A stretch of 64,000 nucleotides of DNA from Neophaeotheca triangularis (lineage: Eukaryota): the NCBI GenBank assembly GCA_054600435.1, contig BAAIJX010000051.1:1-64000 (forward strand). Direction: 5' to 3'. Shown here in pieces: positions 12,036 through 23,558 of the stretch (positions are counted from its first letter, which is position 1; the number at the start of each line of letters is the position of its first letter). The translations under genes and the position numbers were made by a program. Below the pieces are notes generated by a model. It did not search any database, was not told the DNA's origin, and worked only from the letters and a program-made list of their open reading frames with translations.

Positions 12036-13433
12036 CCACTTTTAACTAATTACCTTAGCACGTCGCACAATCAACCAATACTACTAAGTTACCTAGTAAT
12101 TTCCCGACTCTTATCCGGGCCCGGCCCTTTCATCAAAGCACGATAATCTCAATCACCCCCTCGTCGAGTTGTCCCCCGCTCATCACACGCGTTGGGAGAT
12201 TAGAATCGTCCATTAAGTATCATCCATGGATAATTATTATTTATTAGTACAGCCGCGTAGATGGAAGATTTGGTACACTAGACGCCCGCCCGAGTAACGC
12301 CCGCCTCTTCCCTACACGGTACCGTTATGTACTTCTTGACTTCTTCTTCTTCAAACTTTCCACACACTCCGTACTGTCGTATTCTAATCTCGACCTCACC
12401 TGGGCAAAGCGCGATTCTCAAAATAGGCACAGCCGCCTTCACAAGCGCACTACATGTAACATGACCATTGTTGTCGGAGAAGCTCGCTGTCTTCTCAGCA
12501 GCATCCAATTCCCAACGGCCAGACGGGATGATAGTAGTAGTGCCGTGCGTGCAGTGTGACGAATCACGTACCGGAGAAGATTTCTAGAAACTCCGCCGTT
12601 TGATCTTCACCCTGAAACGCGTCCCTACCCGGTAACATGAGACGACATTACGACGACATGTCCATCACCAGTATCATTCTAGCCTCGTCGGTTGCTGTTG
12701 TTTCAATAATGCATTCGCCTTGCTCGATGATGTTGTCATGAGACCGCAGTAAGGATCGGCGTGCCTACTGTGCCTGCCCTTAGCAGACAACTCCGAAGCC
12801 TCGAACGTATCGTCTAATGAATACAAGGCGAAGAGCCTTGAGAGCCCTCCTAGACGAACACGTGGTAACATGTTGTCCTTACAGGTAGTAGTGCTTGAGA
12901 AGATCGTACAGCATTCTCTGTCTTGTCGATCCTAGAGTTTCTCTAGCCTCCCATCACTCCTGAGGATGTTGCATATATACGTGCTGGCTCTGCCTACGGA
13001 GAACATGGCAACAAGTCTTCCATAGAATGAATAGAGTCACTAACAAGACAGCCTCCAGAATGCCCAAACCTTTGCTATGGCGCTGTTCAGCCTTTTAGAT
13101 ACTTCATTTCCCCCCAGGCGCGTTGATTTGACGTGATTGATGGAAGATATTGCGATGGCTAGATAAATACCTAGTTATGAACAAGAAGCAATTCTCTAGC
13201 TAGGCGAATCATGAGATCGTATCATCACCACATGAAATGTCCCTATGTACTAGGTAGGTATCTGTCGTAAGGTTGCATTCAAGAGAGAATCCGTCCTTCT
13301 CCTAGCGTATGTGTCTATTGGCCAATGGGCGCCTTTCGGCAATGCCAAGAGTTCTGACTACATCCATACTCCAGACTTCAAGACACCACACCCGGCCGGG
13401 TACCCTCTATCAGAACCAGCACGACCGGCCAAC

Positions 13434-14243
13434 ATGCTCTCACGAACCGCAAAACGAGTCGCCCTCGACTCCCAATGGCGACCTCTCCCCTTCCTCCTCC
13501 CCTGGGCCGCCAACCTCACAACCGTCTCACACACCCTGGACACGCCCTCACCACCACCACCCGCGCCCTCCGTCCATCCCTCGCGCAAACCCGTCCCCCA
13601 ACCACCCGCCCATAACCAACCCAAACTTCCCCCAACCCAACCCACTGCCCGCCCAACCCCCCCAGCTCTCTCTGACAGCGTCCGCGAAAACCTCTCCCTC
13701 CTCCGCGCCCAAGGCCCACACTACATAACCGCCCACATCTACAACCGGCCCTACCTCCTCACCGCCGGCGACACCCTACGTCTACCATTTCTCATGCACG
13801 GTGTCGAGCCGGGTGACATCCTCCGCCTCGACCGCGCCGTCAACCTTGGCAGCAGGGACTACACGCTCAAAGCCGGCGCCGCAGGCCCGAAACCCAAATC
13901 CCCCACTATGGAAACTGTGCAGCAGCTCGACCCGACCACGGGGACTGCTAGCAGCGAGAGCAGAGTCATGCCTGCGGGCGAATTTACGGGTGCTGTGGGC
14001 GGTGCGCCGCATTTCGTTCCCCATATTGCCAAGGGTCGGACGGGGTATTTGGATGATAGGTTGTTTGTTTGTCGCGCAGTGGTTATGGGGGTGGAGAGCG
14101 AGCCTATGCGGATCAAGGAGAAAACTAAGCGGAGGCAGAGGAGGGTTAAGACTGTCAAGAGTAAACATCGGTTTACGGTTTTGAAGATTCGGGAGGTGAG
14201 GGTTAGGACGGCTGAGGAGATTGAGAGTGGGGTCGTGGAGTAG
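13434..14243 (+). CDS. MRPL49: mitochondrial ribosomal protein bL21m (yeast MRPL49-like)
   Basis: Arg/Ser-rich MLSRTAKR presequence. Motifs HYITAHIYNRPYLLTAGD, GDILRL...LGSRDYTLK and EKTKRRQRRVKTVKSKHRFTVLKI. Confidence 0.88.
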   Translation: MLSRTAKRVALDSQWRPLPFLLPWAANLTTVSHTLDTPSPPPPAPSVHPSRKPVPQPPAHNQPKLPPTQPTARPTPPALSDSVRENLSLLRAQGPHYITAHIYNRPYLLTAGDTLRLPFLMHGVEPGDILRLDRAVNLGSRDYTLKAGAAGPKPKSPTMETVQQLDPTTGTASSESRVMPAGEFTGAVGGAPHFVPHIAKGRTGYLDDRLFVCRAVVMGVESEPMRIKEKTKRRQRRVKTVKSKHRFTVLKIREVRVRTAEEIESGVVE

Positions 14244-14860
14244 ATGTGGTCGTGGGCCGGGTCGTTGTAGATGGGAGTTGTGGGATTCTGGAGCCTTGGT
14301 TTCTCAGGCCGGTGCGTTTTGTGGCTGGACTGCTGTGATCGGCTCTGATCTGGCTGGTTTCGTGCCCAGTTTCAGATGTGGGCTCTGGTGAGCAGAACAC
14401 CCAGGGTACAGCCAGATCGCTCGCGATGCAAGCCACTGGGAATGGACAGTGGGACTCCGGCAAGTCTGTGTGTACTATAAGGTCAAGATAAACCATTCAT
14501 GTACAATTGAAAGCATTTTTACCACCCTAGCCATCACTTACTGCCGAAAGAGGAGAGGGACACTAAACCCATGAACAAGGACGCAAGCTACTTTTACTTA
14601 CAGCAGACACCCCAAGAACCAAAGACACGATAACAGGAGTCCCGACACCGCATCTCCTGGACTCTCCGAATGCAACGCAACGCAACGCTAGAGCAAAAAC
14701 AAGAAACCCACGCGCCCTGCCCGAACAAAAGCACCGCCAGCAAAACCAGCAGAACCCCAACTCCACGTAAAGCCATTACCCCACACCCCCCATTCCTCAA
14801 CCAACCACCCTCTGCTGGCTCCAACAGCACTCCTCTCTACCCCCCTCTCCCTCCCCGACT

Positions 14861-17800
14861 TCATTTCCCCCTCTTCTTCACCGGTGACATCGACCGCGTC
14901 CTCCTAGGCGAAAAGAGCGGTAGCGATGGCGGTGGTAGCGATGGCGGCTTTGTCAGCGCGCCCGCGCCAACGTCAGCATGATCTGAAACCTCTTCATCCG
15001 CAACCTCATCCTCTTCCTCGTTCTTGTTCTTGTTCTTGTTCTCGTTCTGTCGCTCATCTTCATCTTCATCTGCATCTTCGGCCTGGGCTTTTGTCATGGT
15101 CTTGCTGACTTTCTGCTTCTTGCACGGGGATTGCTGCGGTTTGGAGGCGGGCTTGCGCTTGGGTTTCGGTTTTGTTGGGGAGGCTTCTGGCTCTGGCTGA
15201 GCGTCGGGTTCTGGTGCTGGTTCTGGTGCTGGTTCCGCGCCTTCTGCTTCGGAGGGAGCTGCCCGGGCTTTCGGTTGCTGGCTTGCTGTCGAGGAGGCGG
15301 GCTGAGTTGATGGATCTTCGGCTCGAGCAGTGCTGGGGTCTTTCGTTGCTGGGCTAGGCGTGTGGCGTGTTTCCTGTGGGCCGATTGCGGTGATAGGAGA
15401 GTCGTTTTCCTCGGTGGAGGCGCGCTCGGGCTCCTTAGCTGCGGCCTCTTCATCCCCGCTACCCGCAGCCTCCATCAACGCTGCCTTCCCCTCGTTCTCT
15501 GCGCCAGAAGCCTCCCCCGCCATTCGAAACGCCTCTTTCAAGACCTCGCCTCTCTCCTCCACATTCGGCAGTCCGTCCAGGGTAGTCATGATCGCTACAA
15601 ACTCGTACGGCAAGTCGTCGTCATAAACCGTTATGTCAGGGTCTTCCTCGAAACTCGGTGCCGACCTCTCCTGCACGAGTCGGAAGGTCGTTCGTCGAGC
15701 GCCCAGCTCTTGCTGCATGAAGTATTCCTGGACTTGCACGAGGGCGTGTGCTCGGCGGGTCTCAGCGGTGTAGCCGCCTGGTGGTGGTGAAGCGGCTGGT
15801 AACGGCAAGGATGAGCCGAAGTTCGAGGGCGGCACAGCTGGCGATGTATGCGGTCCAGACCGTGCAACGGCAGATGCCTGCTGCCACGCAGAAGATGACG
15901 GAGCAGGAGACGCTCTCAACCCCCCTTCCTCACGTCGCGCCTGAATCGATGGCCTCGCGCCGCTCGAACTACGTTGGACACCTCCCTCCCCGGAAACTGG
16001 CGAGCTCCACGCACCACTTCCCCCGCCCTCCCGCGGCGACGAAGACGGGTGCTCACGCCTGCTCGACCTCAGCCCTTCCTCAAACGCCAGCCTGCTATCG
16101 ACTGCGCTCGTGAGGCCTTCCAAGGCTTTGAGAATTTCGACAACCGTTCGCATCAACGCATCCCCGTAGTCAGCCTCGGTGAGAGCAGTGCGGTAATCGC
16201 CTCCAAATTCGATTTCAGTTCGGACGCGGTCGGTGATGATGCGTCGGTGGCTTGGCTTGAAGTGGCAGAGGATTTCGTGGACGTCTATCGCGGACTGTTG
16301 CCGTGCGACAGCCTCTGCATCTTCAGGGAGTGAGCTCTCTAGTACTGGCACTGGAGGCGATGACGAAGCAGCTTGCGCCGTTGCCGGTGGTTTGGTCTTT
16401 CGGGGTGGAAGCGTCGCATCGCGAGCTAAGCCCCCACCAACGGCTGGCGCTGGAAATGGCTGTTGCAGCAGCGCATGCTGCTCCTGTTGCACTTGAGCGA
16501 CGGCTTGAGCAATCTGCTCCCAGGCCGTGGCCCCGTCGCTCGATACCATACGGCTCACGACGTCCAGCGCGGATTCCACGGCGGTGTTCACCGCCTCATT
16601 GCGTGACCACTCAAACCGACGACGTTCTTCGGCAGTGCTGTTATGGAAGGCTTTTCCGCGCTTTAGCACTTCCTGCTGCTGTGCTTCCGTCAGAGTGGCA
16701 ATACGGACCGAAAGATCGTGAAGTGTTGTTGGCGCGTCTGCCCTGGGTGCGCGAGAAGTCGTCGGCGCAGTAGAGGAAAACCGACTTGCTCGCGTTGCTG
16801 GAGCTCGAGCTATCGCGCCAGAACCACCAGATCTCTGTCTCCGCGAGGGACTACTGGAGCTCGGTCGATACCGGCGCACCGCTTCGTCCAGAAAAGCTTG
16901 CCTTTTCACCTCTGGCGTAAAAGCATCGAGCAGGTTCTTGAGCTCCTGATGACGCTTGGCGACGTGCTCTGCGGGTCTGAGATCCGAAGCCCGTCTCGCG
17001 AGGTCGGTTAGACTCAGCAGGGGTTCGATGACTAGCCACGGATGCGTTGGGTCGTCGGCGTCGCTTTCAGCGAGGAGTCTTGCGGCGCATGCTTCGCGAG
17101 CCTCCTGCAGCGTGGGCTCCCGTGGCAGGGGCTGAGATTGTGGAGGCTGAGGTTGAGATCGAGCTCGAGCTTGAGCTTGAACCTGTTGTTGTTGGTCTTT
17201 TGCACGAGTTGGCTCGCCTTGCGGCGGCGGTGCTCCGCCGCCATCAGCTCGACGTTGCCCATGGGCTCCGCCCGGACGGCGCACCAGAGTACCGTGTTCG
17301 TCAACGACCGTACGATTACCGCTACCATGTCCATTGCCACGACCAGCACGATCACTTCCCGCGCTCCCACCACCAGCGCCCTCAAAGCCATCATCAAAGC
17401 TCTCGTCACTCGACCAGTCGTCGTTGTCAGTCAGCCGCTCAAGCCTGCGTACTCGTTCCCAGATCTTGCTCCAGGGACAGTCGTGTTCCAGATACCTGAC
17501 GCGTTTGGCCAAGCCACGGCAGTCGGGGTCGTTGCTTTTTCGCTTTCGGGATGAGTCGGGAGTGAGGGAGTTGGGACCGGGACCGAAGGCGCCGGGTTCG
17601 TTTGGTCGGTTTCCGAGGCCGCCGCTGTCGTTGCCGTCGTGGTCGTTGTTGGCGTTTTCGTGGGCCTGGTGGTCGTAGGGGTCGCCCTCGATCGTTTCAA
17701 TCACCTCGTGTTCGTTGGTTTGGGGGGCAGCGTGCTTAGTTGTTTGCGCTTCTCCTGCATCTGCAGTGGGTTTGATGGTTGAGTCGCGACTGCCATGGCC

Positions 17801-18871
17801 ACCATGGATGGGACTCCGACGACTCTTACCCGTCCCACCAGCTCGCTCCTCGCGCACGCCGTCTCTGCCATAATACAAGACCTGAGGGGACTCCTCTCTC
17901 GAGAGAATTTTGCCGGTCTGATCTCGCAAATCGCTTCTGTCGTTCCTACCAGCATAGCCGTCTCCAGCAGCCTGTCCAGGCACTCGGAAGATGTCCATAC
18001 CCCTTGCCTCACCCGAAGCCACCAGCTCTAAGCCCCCAGAACCCGATGGCGCCGCATACTTCGAACTTCCACCAGCACGCGCCAAAGCCCCAGTATCCGA
18101 AGTTGCCACCTTTTCACCAAGACTGCCACCGCCACCGCCCTTCCCGCCCTTCTTATCTTTCCCATCACTTTCACCCTTCTCATCCCACTTCTTCTTTTTT
18201 TTCGTCTTCGAAATCACCCCAGACGAAACCCCCACCTTCTCCCCCTTGCCCGGAGAAAGCTCTTCCGTCTTGATCCCCACAACAGCCAGGTGCTCCGGAA
18301 AAACTTCTTCGCGCTCATCCCGCACGGTCCGCTCGAGCTCGACTTGAAGTTGCCGCTCATGACGGCCAGGTATGGCGGGAGGCAGGACTGGGGGTTTAGC
18401 GTTGGCGACGGAATGGGCGCTACCGTCGTCCCCGTCGTCTCCATCCCCCTCGTCCTCGTAAACTTCCCCATCATCCCCGTCGCCCGCCTCGTCCTCATCA
18501 TCCTCAGAACCAGCATTCTCAAAGTCCTTCAAAACGTCCAGGTTGAAATAAGCCGATCTGTCACCATGAAGCGCTGGATTCGCCGGGCCGCTCTTCCTCC
18601 TCACACTTCCAGCCGTTGCTGCGGTCGAGGCCGTTGGGCGATCCATAACGCTGGACCGGTCTCTCGGGTTTGAATTCAATTTCGCGGTTGTTTTTGCGGA
18701 CGTTGTTGCTGTAGGCTTCGTGTTTCTGGTTGCGGTTGCGGCTGAACTCTCCTCGGAGACAGGTTGGGCAAGTGTATCGGGGGCCGGAGAAAGAGCGGGG
18801 AGAGAAGTATTGGGAGCACTTGGAGGGGGTCGAGCCGGGGGTGGGGGGCGGGATTGTTTTGCGCGAGCCAT
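14861..18871 (-). CDS. large orphan low-complexity protein (about 1,340 aa, single long ORF); likely start MARAKQ at 18871
   Basis: 4.2-kb uninterrupted ORF with acidic and basic patches, NLS-like KKKKK/RKRK stretches and several helical islands. No family recognised. Confidence 0.7.
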   Translation of the reverse strand: MARAKQSRPPPPARPPPSAPNTSLPALSPAPDTLAQPVSEESSAATATRNTKPTATTSAKTTAKLNSNPRDRSSVMDRPTASTAATAGSVRRKSGPANPALHGDRSAYFNLDVLKDFENAGSEDDEDEAGDGDDGEVYEDEGDGDDGDDGSAHSVANAKPPVLPPAIPGRHERQLQVELERTVRDEREEVFPEHLAVVGIKTEELSPGKGEKVGVSSGVISKTKKKKKWDEKGESDGKDKKGGKGGGGGSLGEKVATSDTGALARAGGSSKYAAPSGSGGLELVASGEARGMDIFRVPGQAAGDGYAGRNDRSDLRDQTGKILSREESPQVLYYGRDGVREERAGGTGKSRRSPIHGGHGSRDSTIKPTADAGEAQTTKHAAPQTNEHEVIETIEGDPYDHQAHENANNDHDGNDSGGLGNRPNEPGAFGPGPNSLTPDSSRKRKSNDPDCRGLAKRVRYLEHDCPWSKIWERVRRLERLTDNDDWSSDESFDDGFEGAGGGSAGSDRAGRGNGHGSGNRTVVDEHGTLVRRPGGAHGQRRADGGGAPPPQGEPTRAKDQQQQVQAQARARSQPQPPQSQPLPREPTLQEAREACAARLLAESDADDPTHPWLVIEPLLSLTDLARRASDLRPAEHVAKRHQELKNLLDAFTPEVKRQAFLDEAVRRYRPSSSSPSRRQRSGGSGAIARAPATRASRFSSTAPTTSRAPRADAPTTLHDLSVRIATLTEAQQQEVLKRGKAFHNSTAEERRRFEWSRNEAVNTAVESALDVVSRMVSSDGATAWEQIAQAVAQVQQEQHALLQQPFPAPAVGGGLARDATLPPRKTKPPATAQAASSSPPVPVLESSLPEDAEAVARQQSAIDVHEILCHFKPSHRRIITDRVRTEIEFGGDYRTALTEADYGDALMRTVVEILKALEGLTSAVDSRLAFEEGLRSSRREHPSSSPREGGGSGAWSSPVSGEGGVQRSSSGARPSIQARREEGGLRASPAPSSSAWQQASAVARSGPHTSPAVPPSNFGSSLPLPAASPPPGGYTAETRRAHALVQVQEYFMQQELGARRTTFRLVQERSAPSFEEDPDITVYDDDLPYEFVAIMTTLDGLPNVEERGEVLKEAFRMAGEASGAENEGKAALMEAAGSGDEEAAAKEPERASTEENDSPITAIGPQETRHTPSPATKDPSTARAEDPSTQPASSTASQQPKARAAPSEAEGAEPAPEPAPEPDAQPEPEASPTKPKPKRKPASKPQQSPCKKQKVSKTMTKAQAEDADEDEDERQNENKNKNKNEEEDEVADEEVSDHADVGAGALTKPPSLPPPSLPLFSPRRTRSMSPVKKRGK

Positions 18872-19888
18872 GATTCTTTGAGTGATGAGTCTGCTTGGGG
18901 ATGGAGGGGGGATGGGGTGATGTTGGTTAGAAGGAAGGTTTGAGAGCAGAGATGGTAAGGGCGCCTTATATGTTGCGGCGAGTGGTTTGGTTGGGTTGGG
19001 GGTTGGGGCTGGAAGGCTTTGTGTGGAGGTAGCTAGCATTGGTGGTGTAAGGGGGTCTTTGATGTTGCTGTGTTTGCTTGCATTAAAGTGCCTTGTTCTG
19101 TTGCTGAAGCGTGCTTTGATCGGTCTACGCATGGGGAGTTATCAGACGTATGGAGACTTTGTTACCGGACTAGTGTCGGCGGAGCGACGTTATGGTAAAG
19201 ACCACGTAGATTGCAAGAAAGGCGCATGGAAGAAGACGACTGCAATAGCGAGCAACGGCTAGAAGTGTAAGTGAAAGATCCGCGACGAAAAGCTACCAAG
19301 CTGACAATGCCGCACTCATTACCTTTCCCACGCAGTAAACTCCCTTCGTGAGCAGCACTTGAGCATTCCATTCGAACTCGTCCCGTCAGGATACTCTTAC
19401 AAGTTCAGAACTCGCCTTCAGCGCCGCAGACACCCGTTCGCTCCAGACTGAACCCTGCTCGTCTTCTTCCCGGCGCCTGAGTGTCCTTACTACGATCCTG
19501 CCACAGGCGAGGGAAGAACCGCAACAAGCGCTTCACCGGCAGCTGGACCCTCCGGACACTCGACTTACGGGCTGGTGCTCTCGCCCTTGCACGCTTGGAG
19601 TTATGACGGGCAAAGACTCCAACGTAAAGCCCAGGTACGACTATACGATACGTCGTCAACCAGCGGCAGCGGCGAGGAGTCTTCGAGGGGCCAAAAAAGC
19701 CAATCAGAATCCGGGGCCCACTTCGGCCCTGTCGAAGGACTCCAAGCTCCAGCATTCAAACACTCGTAGCCGGTGCGCTCACAGTTCCAACCAGTGAAAT
19801 GGTCACCGGCCCCCCGGCATCTTCCCGACGTTCCCAGGCCAGCTATTCCCGAAGACTTGAGGAATTTGTTAGACAGCAGCCAGCCCTC

Positions 19889-22711
19889 TCATCTCACATC
19901 AACCAAAGCTTTAGGCGTAGGCGACGCGATGCGCTCCCACTCGCCGTTAAATGCATTAACAAGCCAGTCGCGCAATTCTGCAAAAAGTCACAAAAGTCAG
20001 CACCATTCCACCCAACCTTAAAATCCAAACGCTTGGTAAATAAACTCACTCTCATAAACAACCCGATTACCATTATGAAAGAAAATACTATGATCGCTAT
20101 CCGGAAAGACGTGAACGTCATAATTCATAACGTTCGCCACGTCAAGACGATCGAGTAATTGTAGCGTATTCTGGAAATGCACGTTGTCGTCGCTGTAGCC
20201 GTGCATGACCAAGAAGCGCGTGTTGTTGCCCAGAGCCTGCATGTCCGAGACGGTAGCGTTGTCGTAGCCGCTGGGGTTATGCTGGGGAGTGTGCATGTAG
20301 CGTTCGGTGTAGATGGAGTCGTAGAAGCGCCAGTCGGTCACGGGTGCGACGGCCATACCGTAGTTGAAAGTGTTGCCGGCGTCGGTTTCGAGAGTCTTGA
20401 GAGTCATGAAACCGCCGTAGCTCCAGCCCCAGATTGCGAGACGCGAGGGGTCAATGTAGGATTTTTGTTGCCAGATTTTGGCCGCGGCGATTTGGTCCAG
20501 CGCTTCGTAGTGTCCGATGTTGCCGCGGATGATGCAGCGGTGCTCACGACCTTTGTAGCCTGTGCCGCGGCCGTCGACGGTCACGACGATGTAGCCGAGA
20601 GCGGAGGCGACGTAGGATTGGAAGTCGATGGTGAATTTGCGGTCGACGTGTTGGAAACCAGGGCCATTGTAGAGATAGAAGAGGACAGGGTATTCATTTT
20701 TCGGGTTGAAGTGAGGTGGGCGGCGTTCGACGAGGTTGAGCTCGAAACCACCGTCGACGGTGATGGTTTCGTACTTTTCGATGGGGAGTTCGGTTTTCTG
20801 GGCTAGGGCGCGCAACTCTTCGTTGGTTTCGAGTGAGAGGGTCAGCCATTCGATGCGGTTGGTGGGAGTTGCGCGGACTTCTTGCCAGGGGATGCCCGGG
20901 CCTTCGTAGGTTAGGAGCATGAAGTCGGAGTTGGCGGAGAAGGATGCCGCGTAGTAGCCGACTTCGCGGGTGTCGGTAATAGCTTTGACGCTTTCAGGAC
21001 CGTTTACGAGGCTGACCGTGTAGACATGGCGCTGCATGCTGCCGTCTTTGGTGCCGACAAAGTAGATCATGTTATGGAGGGGATCGACGGCGGAGGGTGC
21101 ATCGACGACTTCCCATTTGCCTTCTGTGAGCATTTTCGGGGTGTCGCTGTCGAGGGGAGAGAAGTATGCCAGGTGGTCGTAGCCTTCGTGAATGACTGTG
21201 TCAATGTATCCGTCGTCGGGCCTCTTGTTCGAAGGATCTGCTTCCACGTACGTGGTGGAATGAGAGACCTCGAACCACCCTCCATCGATCTTGCTGACGT
21301 CCGTCTCGCGAACTGTCCTGCCCTCACGTTTGACAGCGTCGATGAGGATGACCTTGAGAACGTCGCTCTCTCGGTTAGTCTCCCTAACAATGACTTTGCC
21401 AGTCTTGCCGGCCCACAGCACCTCCGTGATCAAGCGATCATCATCTTTGAAGTCGCCCTCAATCGGCACCGTAAACATCTCCCCCTCTTCCACATCATAA
21501 AGCTGCAAGCTCACCACGCTCATTGGAGCGCCAGCTTTGGGATACTTAATCCTGCTAACTTCGGGATAGTTCTCCTCACCGTCCTTAGCCTTCTTCCCCG
21601 AGGGCCTACTGAAATAGTACTGAACCGGAAATTCAGGCACAGCACTCTCATCCGTGCGCAAGAAAGCCACAAACTTGCCGTCCCCACTCCACCACGTCGC
21701 CGAAGCCCCAGCAAAAACCTCCTCTTCATAGACCCAATCCGGAATGCCATAGAACAAATTCTTCCCCCCATCCTCCGTAATCCTCGTAACATTGTCCTCT
21801 CCCAGCCGCCTCAAAAACATGTCGTTCTCCCGGGTAAAAACAACCGCATCTCCCAACGGACTCCAACTGGCCAACTGCATCCTACCATCAGGCTTCGCGG
21901 GATCCAGCGGCTTCCCGGTCTGACTCTCGACATCAAAAAGCCAAAACAACCCCGTACTACTATGCCGCCAATTCTTCTCCGCATCGCTCATCACCAACAC
22001 CGTCGCATGGTCCGGGCTCACCATAGTCGCGTCGGGGGTCACCACTCTCCCACCAACCTCAAACCGCCCCGCCCGCATCAACGTCGTGCTATGCTTCTTC
22101 TGAACGTCCAAACTCTCGCCCCTAAATCTCACATCCTCCACGACCAGATAATCCCTCCCCTCGGCCCCGCCACGCTCAAGCAACAACCCATCCTCGCCAT
22201 CCGGTCCAGCAATCCACGCCAAGCTGTGACTCTTGGGGAACCACTCACCCGTCAAAACCTGCTCGAGCTCGACTTTGCGCCCACTGCCTACCGTTTGAGT
22301 AGCGTGCGGATCGTGGGGTCTGGCGGCATGGCTGACGTGTCGGTCTTGCGCGACGAAGAGGAAAAGCGCCACGATCCAGCCGAGTACCGCTGCGCCGGCG
22401 AGGAACCAAATGATGCGGCGCCAGCGCTTGTCGGCGCCGCGGGTTTGGCGTTTCCAGGCGATTTGGTCTTCGACGGTGAATTCCTCATCGGGGTGGCCGG
22501 TGTTGGTCTCGCTGTAGTAGGTGTCTTTTTTGTTGTTGGGTTTTTGGTGGGGTGCTTTGGAAGAGAGGTGGTCGAGGACGAGGGAGGTTGTAGAAGCGGT
22601 GGAGGCGGAGCGCCGGGGGTCGGAGCTGTGGGGGGAGATGGAGGGCGAGGTTGCATCTTTGCGCCGCAAGGGCTCGGCAGACTCGTCGTGGTAGTTGGTG
22701 CGATTGGCCAT
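19889..22711 (-). CDS. DAP2: dipeptidyl aminopeptidase B (S9B, type II membrane protein)
   Basis: N-terminal TM segment. Motifs [13 protein letters not shown], catalytic [14 protein letters not shown] and DSDHSI. Last intron 20049-19978 adds the exon [14 protein letters not shown]...DVR*. Confidence 0.95.
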
Positions 22712-23558
22712 GGCTGGGGAGAGGGTGGTGTCGAAGGGAGAGCGCGGTCTTAACTCTCCTGCATTTGGGTAGGTAGGGACGCCGGTCGAGAGGGCACGGC
22801 GGTGAGAAATCGTCGCGGTTGTGGAAGGACTTTACGGGAAGTCCTATGGAAACTGTCGGCGTTGACAATGATTGGCGACGAGATTGGTACGTTGATCAGG
22901 GGATAAGATCTCCTAAGGCTGAAGTCAGTTGTACGCGCGCGGAAGTTCCTGCCAAGACTGACGCGCTCATTGAGGTACAGATGCAGCCGACATGTCCAAG
23001 GCGACTCTCAAGCTGCTCACTTCACTTTTCTTGGTCGAACAACTTGGCTGTCCGCCTGCAGTCTACAGGTACTAACGGTTGATGAGAGACAGAACAGACG
23101 TGCCTCTAGGTATGGGGACGAACCCATTCGTTCATTTAGACTCTAGTCTAGTACACAGTAGCTCCGAGCTTATCTTTCTTGCATCTGTATAGCCCCACTT
23201 TCGCGGGTCTATCCAGAGAGATCTAAAGAGGCACAGTACCTAGATACATGATAGCTGTAACGCTGTCCACTTTGCCTACCTCGTTCGTCATGTGACAATC
23301 TATGAAGTTACCTCTTGGCCTCTCAATCTCAACTGGAAACCTATTAACGCAGCGAACCACAACCAACAAAACGCACATCTAGCAGCATAGCAAAATTATT
23401 CCATCAAGCTACCTGCGCATCTGCCGCAATAGTCAATCACATCCACCAATAGACGACCCTCCAGCAATTCCGAATTTTCACCTTTCACCCACCCCCCCCC
23501 CCGCCCCCCACCCCAAGCTCTCCCTAAAACCACGATAAAATCCCCTTCAGCCCCCACA

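Noticed and set aside
19140..19880. Several short ORFs between the orphan gene and DAP2
   Set aside because: No recognisable motifs or consistent exon structure.
21026..22753. 575-aa plus-strand ORF
   Set aside because: Antisense shadow of DAP2, expected from GC-rich codon usage. The same applies to long antisense ORFs over eIF3d, ARS2, NOP12 and mep.
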